DNA of 64,000 nucleotides, taken from Eledone cirrhosa (lineage: Eukaryota). This document shows positions 1 through 64,000 of this stretch, piece by piece. The notes under the pieces were generated by a model. That model saw nothing but the letters and a program-made list of their open reading frames with translations, did not search any database and was not told the origin of the DNA. Position 1 is the stretch's first letter. Each line of letters starts with the position of its first letter. The stretch spans positions 188,728,001 through 188,792,000 of the forward strand of contig OZ024741.1 in the NCBI GenBank assembly GCA_964016885.1, given 5' to 3'. A program made the translations under genes and the position numbers.

Positions 1-77
1 ACATCCATCGGAGCATGCAGGCTTCGTTTCTCTCTAATCTACGTAAGTCTTCCACCTTCAGCGCCCAGGTCTCACTA

Positions 78-125
<48 letters not shown>

Positions 126-323
126 ATTATGTATATATATATATGTGTGTGTGTGTGTGTGATTGTAAATTTCATACAGAAATGGCTTCTACATGACTAG
201 AGCTGTTTCATTCATTTTAAATCATCAGGAATGGAATAAATATGTATCTTATTTAACTGTGGTTCCTTTTCACCCCCCTTTGGAAAACTATGCTCTATTT
301 TACACACACACACACATATATAA

Positions 324-361
<38 letters not shown>

Positions 362-520
362 CCATCTATCTACACATCTATTTATCTAGCCACCCATATA
401 TCTATATCCATCCATCTATCTGCCTATCTACCTATATACCTATTTACCTAGTCTACCAACCCATCTACCCCCTCTATCTGTTTATCCTTTCTATTATTTA
501 CTTGTTATATGTTTACACAG

Positions 521-60970
<60,450 letters not shown>

Positions 60971-61313
60971 GTAGGTCATTACTTATTGGAATATGTATAT
61001 GTACATTTATACCCAATATGGCTGCAGTCTAATGATTGAAAGTAGTAAAAGAAGAAAAGAATACATGCACACGCACACACAAACACACACACACACATAT
61101 ATATATATATAAATGTATATATATATATATATATATGTTTATAATGTGCCGAAACATCCGTGACCCGTAGTAAACTACTGATGAAGGGAGGCTGTCCATC
61201 TCTTGTTTGTGTCTCCTTACCTTCTAACACCCATTATCAGTAACCACACAGCCTCTCCTCTCAATATCATCATCATCATTTAACGTCCCTGTTCCACGCT
61301 TGCATACATATAC

Positions 61314-61392
<79 letters not shown>
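61314..61392. repeat. (TATC)n microsatellite
   Basis: Seen directly. Confidence 0.95.
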
Positions 61393-61393
<1 letters not shown>

Positions 61394-61394
61394 T

Positions 61395-64000
61395 AATCTA
61401 GCTGTCATCTGTTCGACAGCGTAGACGTAATTCACTTCGCGCAGAAGTTTTGTTCCAATTTATTGCGGAAATTTTGTAAGTTTAATTTTAATTTTGATAC
61501 TATTGTGTAGCTTGACCCCCCGTCTGAACTGTCAGGCGGTGGGTCAGCTCACCTTCGCCCCTCCCAGGGGTGAAAAACCTGTTTTTAAAAATTTTGTGGC
61601 ATAAAATTTCAATCGTCTGGCAGACATGTTAAACGAAGCTAACGAAAATAGTGGTGGGGGGACAGCGGTAAGAGTTGTAAGCTCGCACGCTTTAGTCCCC
61701 TCTTCCTTCCCAACTAACGTCATAGAGAAGGAAAGAAAAAATAAAAGAAAAACAGACGAATGTGCGGAGAAAAATGACGAAAACACAAATCTGGAGATTG
61801 ATTCCAACAACAAAAAAAAATTGAAAGAATTGCATGACAATATTAATACCACAAACAAAGAAACAACAAACACAAAAATAACATTTGAAAACAACATCAT
61901 AACAGAAAGCAAAACAGACGACAAAGTCAACACCAATAATATCTCATTTGCACAAACAACAAAAAAATCTTTAACATCTTGAAAATATTTCAGATGTGGC
62001 ACAAAGAATAAAAAACGCCAAACAATACATAACTCAAGGGGAAAATGGAACCTTATCGGTAAAAATGCCCCAAGAGCTCACCAAAGATATTGAAAGTCGG
62101 ACAGTCGTTTTCCGCACCATCAACAACATCTCAAAAAAAAAACTCAACAACCAACACAAGCAGAAATTAAAGCAGTACTTAGAGAAGTACTTAATGAAGC
62201 CACTTTCATAAGAAGAGACAGGCTGTATGGAAGCCTAGCCATTATTATGAAGAACGAATCAGCGGCAAAAAAATATGCTTTGTCGCCGATTCGTTCGACA
62301 AATTTTACCTTTTATCCATCTTATATGGGTAAAAGAACTCAGCGCATATGGCTGGATGCGATGATGCCAGATATGGACTACTGCTGGCTCATAGCTGGCT
62401 TCATTGATCCAGCGAATGACAACGTGATTTCCATTGGGAAAACCACAGGCAATGCGTTCAGTGGAACAGGTATAGAACTTGTAGTGCAAATGAAGCCTGA
62501 ATGCATTGCCCAAATACCCGACAGAATCCTATTAGAGGGCCACGGGTATATAAACATTAGCGTGGAGGGGAGAAGGCCGTCCTGTCATATTTGTGCAGGC
62601 AGAGGGCACCTGAAGGCGGTTTGTCCCCAACTCAACAAGAAGAAAACCCTGCTACCAACACCAGCTCCACCACCACCACAACAGATAAACAAACAACAAA
62701 ACTCAGTCCCACCCAACCCGTCCCTCAGTAAAACTACACCACCACCACAACACAAACAGACACAACACATTACCCCAAAACAAAACAGTCCCACCCAACC
62801 CCTCACTCAATAAAACAACACAACCACCGCAGCCACAACACACAACACAGTCTAACATAGTGACATCCATCTCCCCCACAAAGAAAACCAACACGGAAAC
62901 ATTACCAGCAAACATACCTCTTCCCTCCAACACTGAAGATAACCCAACGAATTCGGAGGAAGAAACGGAGTCCTTCAGACAAATTAAAAGGAAAAAAAGA
63001 AAACATGTGCAAAACACACAAGGCCAAACAGTCCCTACCCAAATGTCAACACAATCCAACAAAACACAAAAACCGCTCCAGCAACAAACAAAACCAAACC
63101 TGCCCCTCCCCTCTTCGAAACACTCACACCATCCCCAAAAAAGACATTACACTATACTTACATCAACAGAAACAATAATAAATTAAATGAACTCATAAAC
63201 AATAACCCTTCGGTACAAACCGAAGGGGTAAACTTTGTTTCTTCAGAAAACTACCCACATTTAAAATTAATAAAGATCCCAATGAACTTCTACCAAAAAC
63301 TAAAAAAGGATTTTAAGGAGGATGTATGACCACCCTCTGTCAAACCCATAAACCGCGTCCTCCTAAAAAGCTTTCCCTCTCCCCTTCCCCTCCCCAACAC
63401 AACTCCAAACACCCCAACCCCACCACACACTGACGACCCCACACCACCACAAGACACCCCTTCACCCAACACCCCCGACCCCATGGAAGTCGTGCGACCC
63501 GAACCCGGGAAGCAGAAAGGTAGGTCTCTACACTCTCCTTTGGCTTTGCCGCCCACATGGATGTGTTAAGAGTAGGATGTTTGAATGCACGTGGACTGGG
63601 CTCAACTTGGAAGCAAGCAAAGCTTCTAAATGACCTCAGGTCATGTGGTATAAATGTAATGGTTATCTGTGAGACTCGGATCAGCGTCGTGCGGCAGCTG
63701 GCCCCTACCTTCGATGACTTTGAGGTGCATGCATCTCTCTGTCAACCTGGAGGTGGGGGTGGGGTTGTCGTACTGCTGGAAAAACACCTGGGTCTTGCCG
63801 TACAGGTTGTTCACTCGGACCCGGAAGGTCGTTTGTTGGTGCTAGACGTTGGCAGTAGTGGAGGTGCGGCCTTGATACTGGTCGCCGTCTACTCCCCTTT
63901 CGGAGCTGAACGACCCGACTTCTTCCAGCGTCTGGAGACTTTTCTGGGAACGTCGCGTTCCCTGCTTCTAGCGGGGGATTGGAATGACATCCTAGATGCA
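61395..64000 (+). mobile_element. L1/Tx1-clade LINE, 5' part (broken ORF1 with CCHC knuckle; ORF2 APE endonuclease)
   Basis: ORF1 pieces 61626-63186 with CHICAGRGHLKAVCP; ORF2 from ATG 63557 open to the window end: LNARGL, ICETR, DPEGR, VAVYSP, LAGDWN. Confidence 0.88.

Noticed and set aside
190-235. Minus-strand CTGATGA...GAAAC as a hammerhead
   Set aside because: Stems I, II and III do not pair convincingly; at best a decayed remnant (relative at ~38830-38880).
61140-61262. GAAAC...CTGATGA as a type II hammerhead (also 10270-10360)
   Set aside because: No valid NUH site with matching stems; better explained as a truncated PLE repeat.

Overview
This is AT-rich, repeat-dense eukaryotic DNA, almost certainly from a coleoid cephalopod (probably an octopus; inferred from the gene and the repeat families). 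One + strand gene spans the whole window: a phospholipase C-beta that closely resembles the squid/cuttlefish retinal PLC21 sequence as I recall it. I traced 22 internal exons (521-60970; 2378 nt, about 792 codons). All phases are compatible, and they cover the end of the EF hands, the X and Y catalytic boxes, C2, the Gq-binding HTH/Halpha2', the CTD linker and the distal coiled coil. Both gene ends lie outside the window. The gene has a U12-type (minor spliceosome) intron and an 18-nt microexon. The introns hold tRNA-derived SINEs, RTE/CR1-L2/R4/Tx1 LINEs, a DD37D mariner, piggyBac/hAT/mariner MITEs, Helitrons, a degenerate C2H2 zinc-finger array and long microsatellites. The most striking unexplained signal is about a dozen type I hammerhead-ribozyme (HHR) motifs. 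They sit in fold-back or tandem Penelope-type terminal-repeat modules, mostly bounded by (TA)n. They include a 700-bp retrozyme-like unit with two HHRs, HHRs with ~95-115 nt stem II insertions, and a recurrent CCGAnGA core variant. All structures were read by eye; no searches or folding programs were run.
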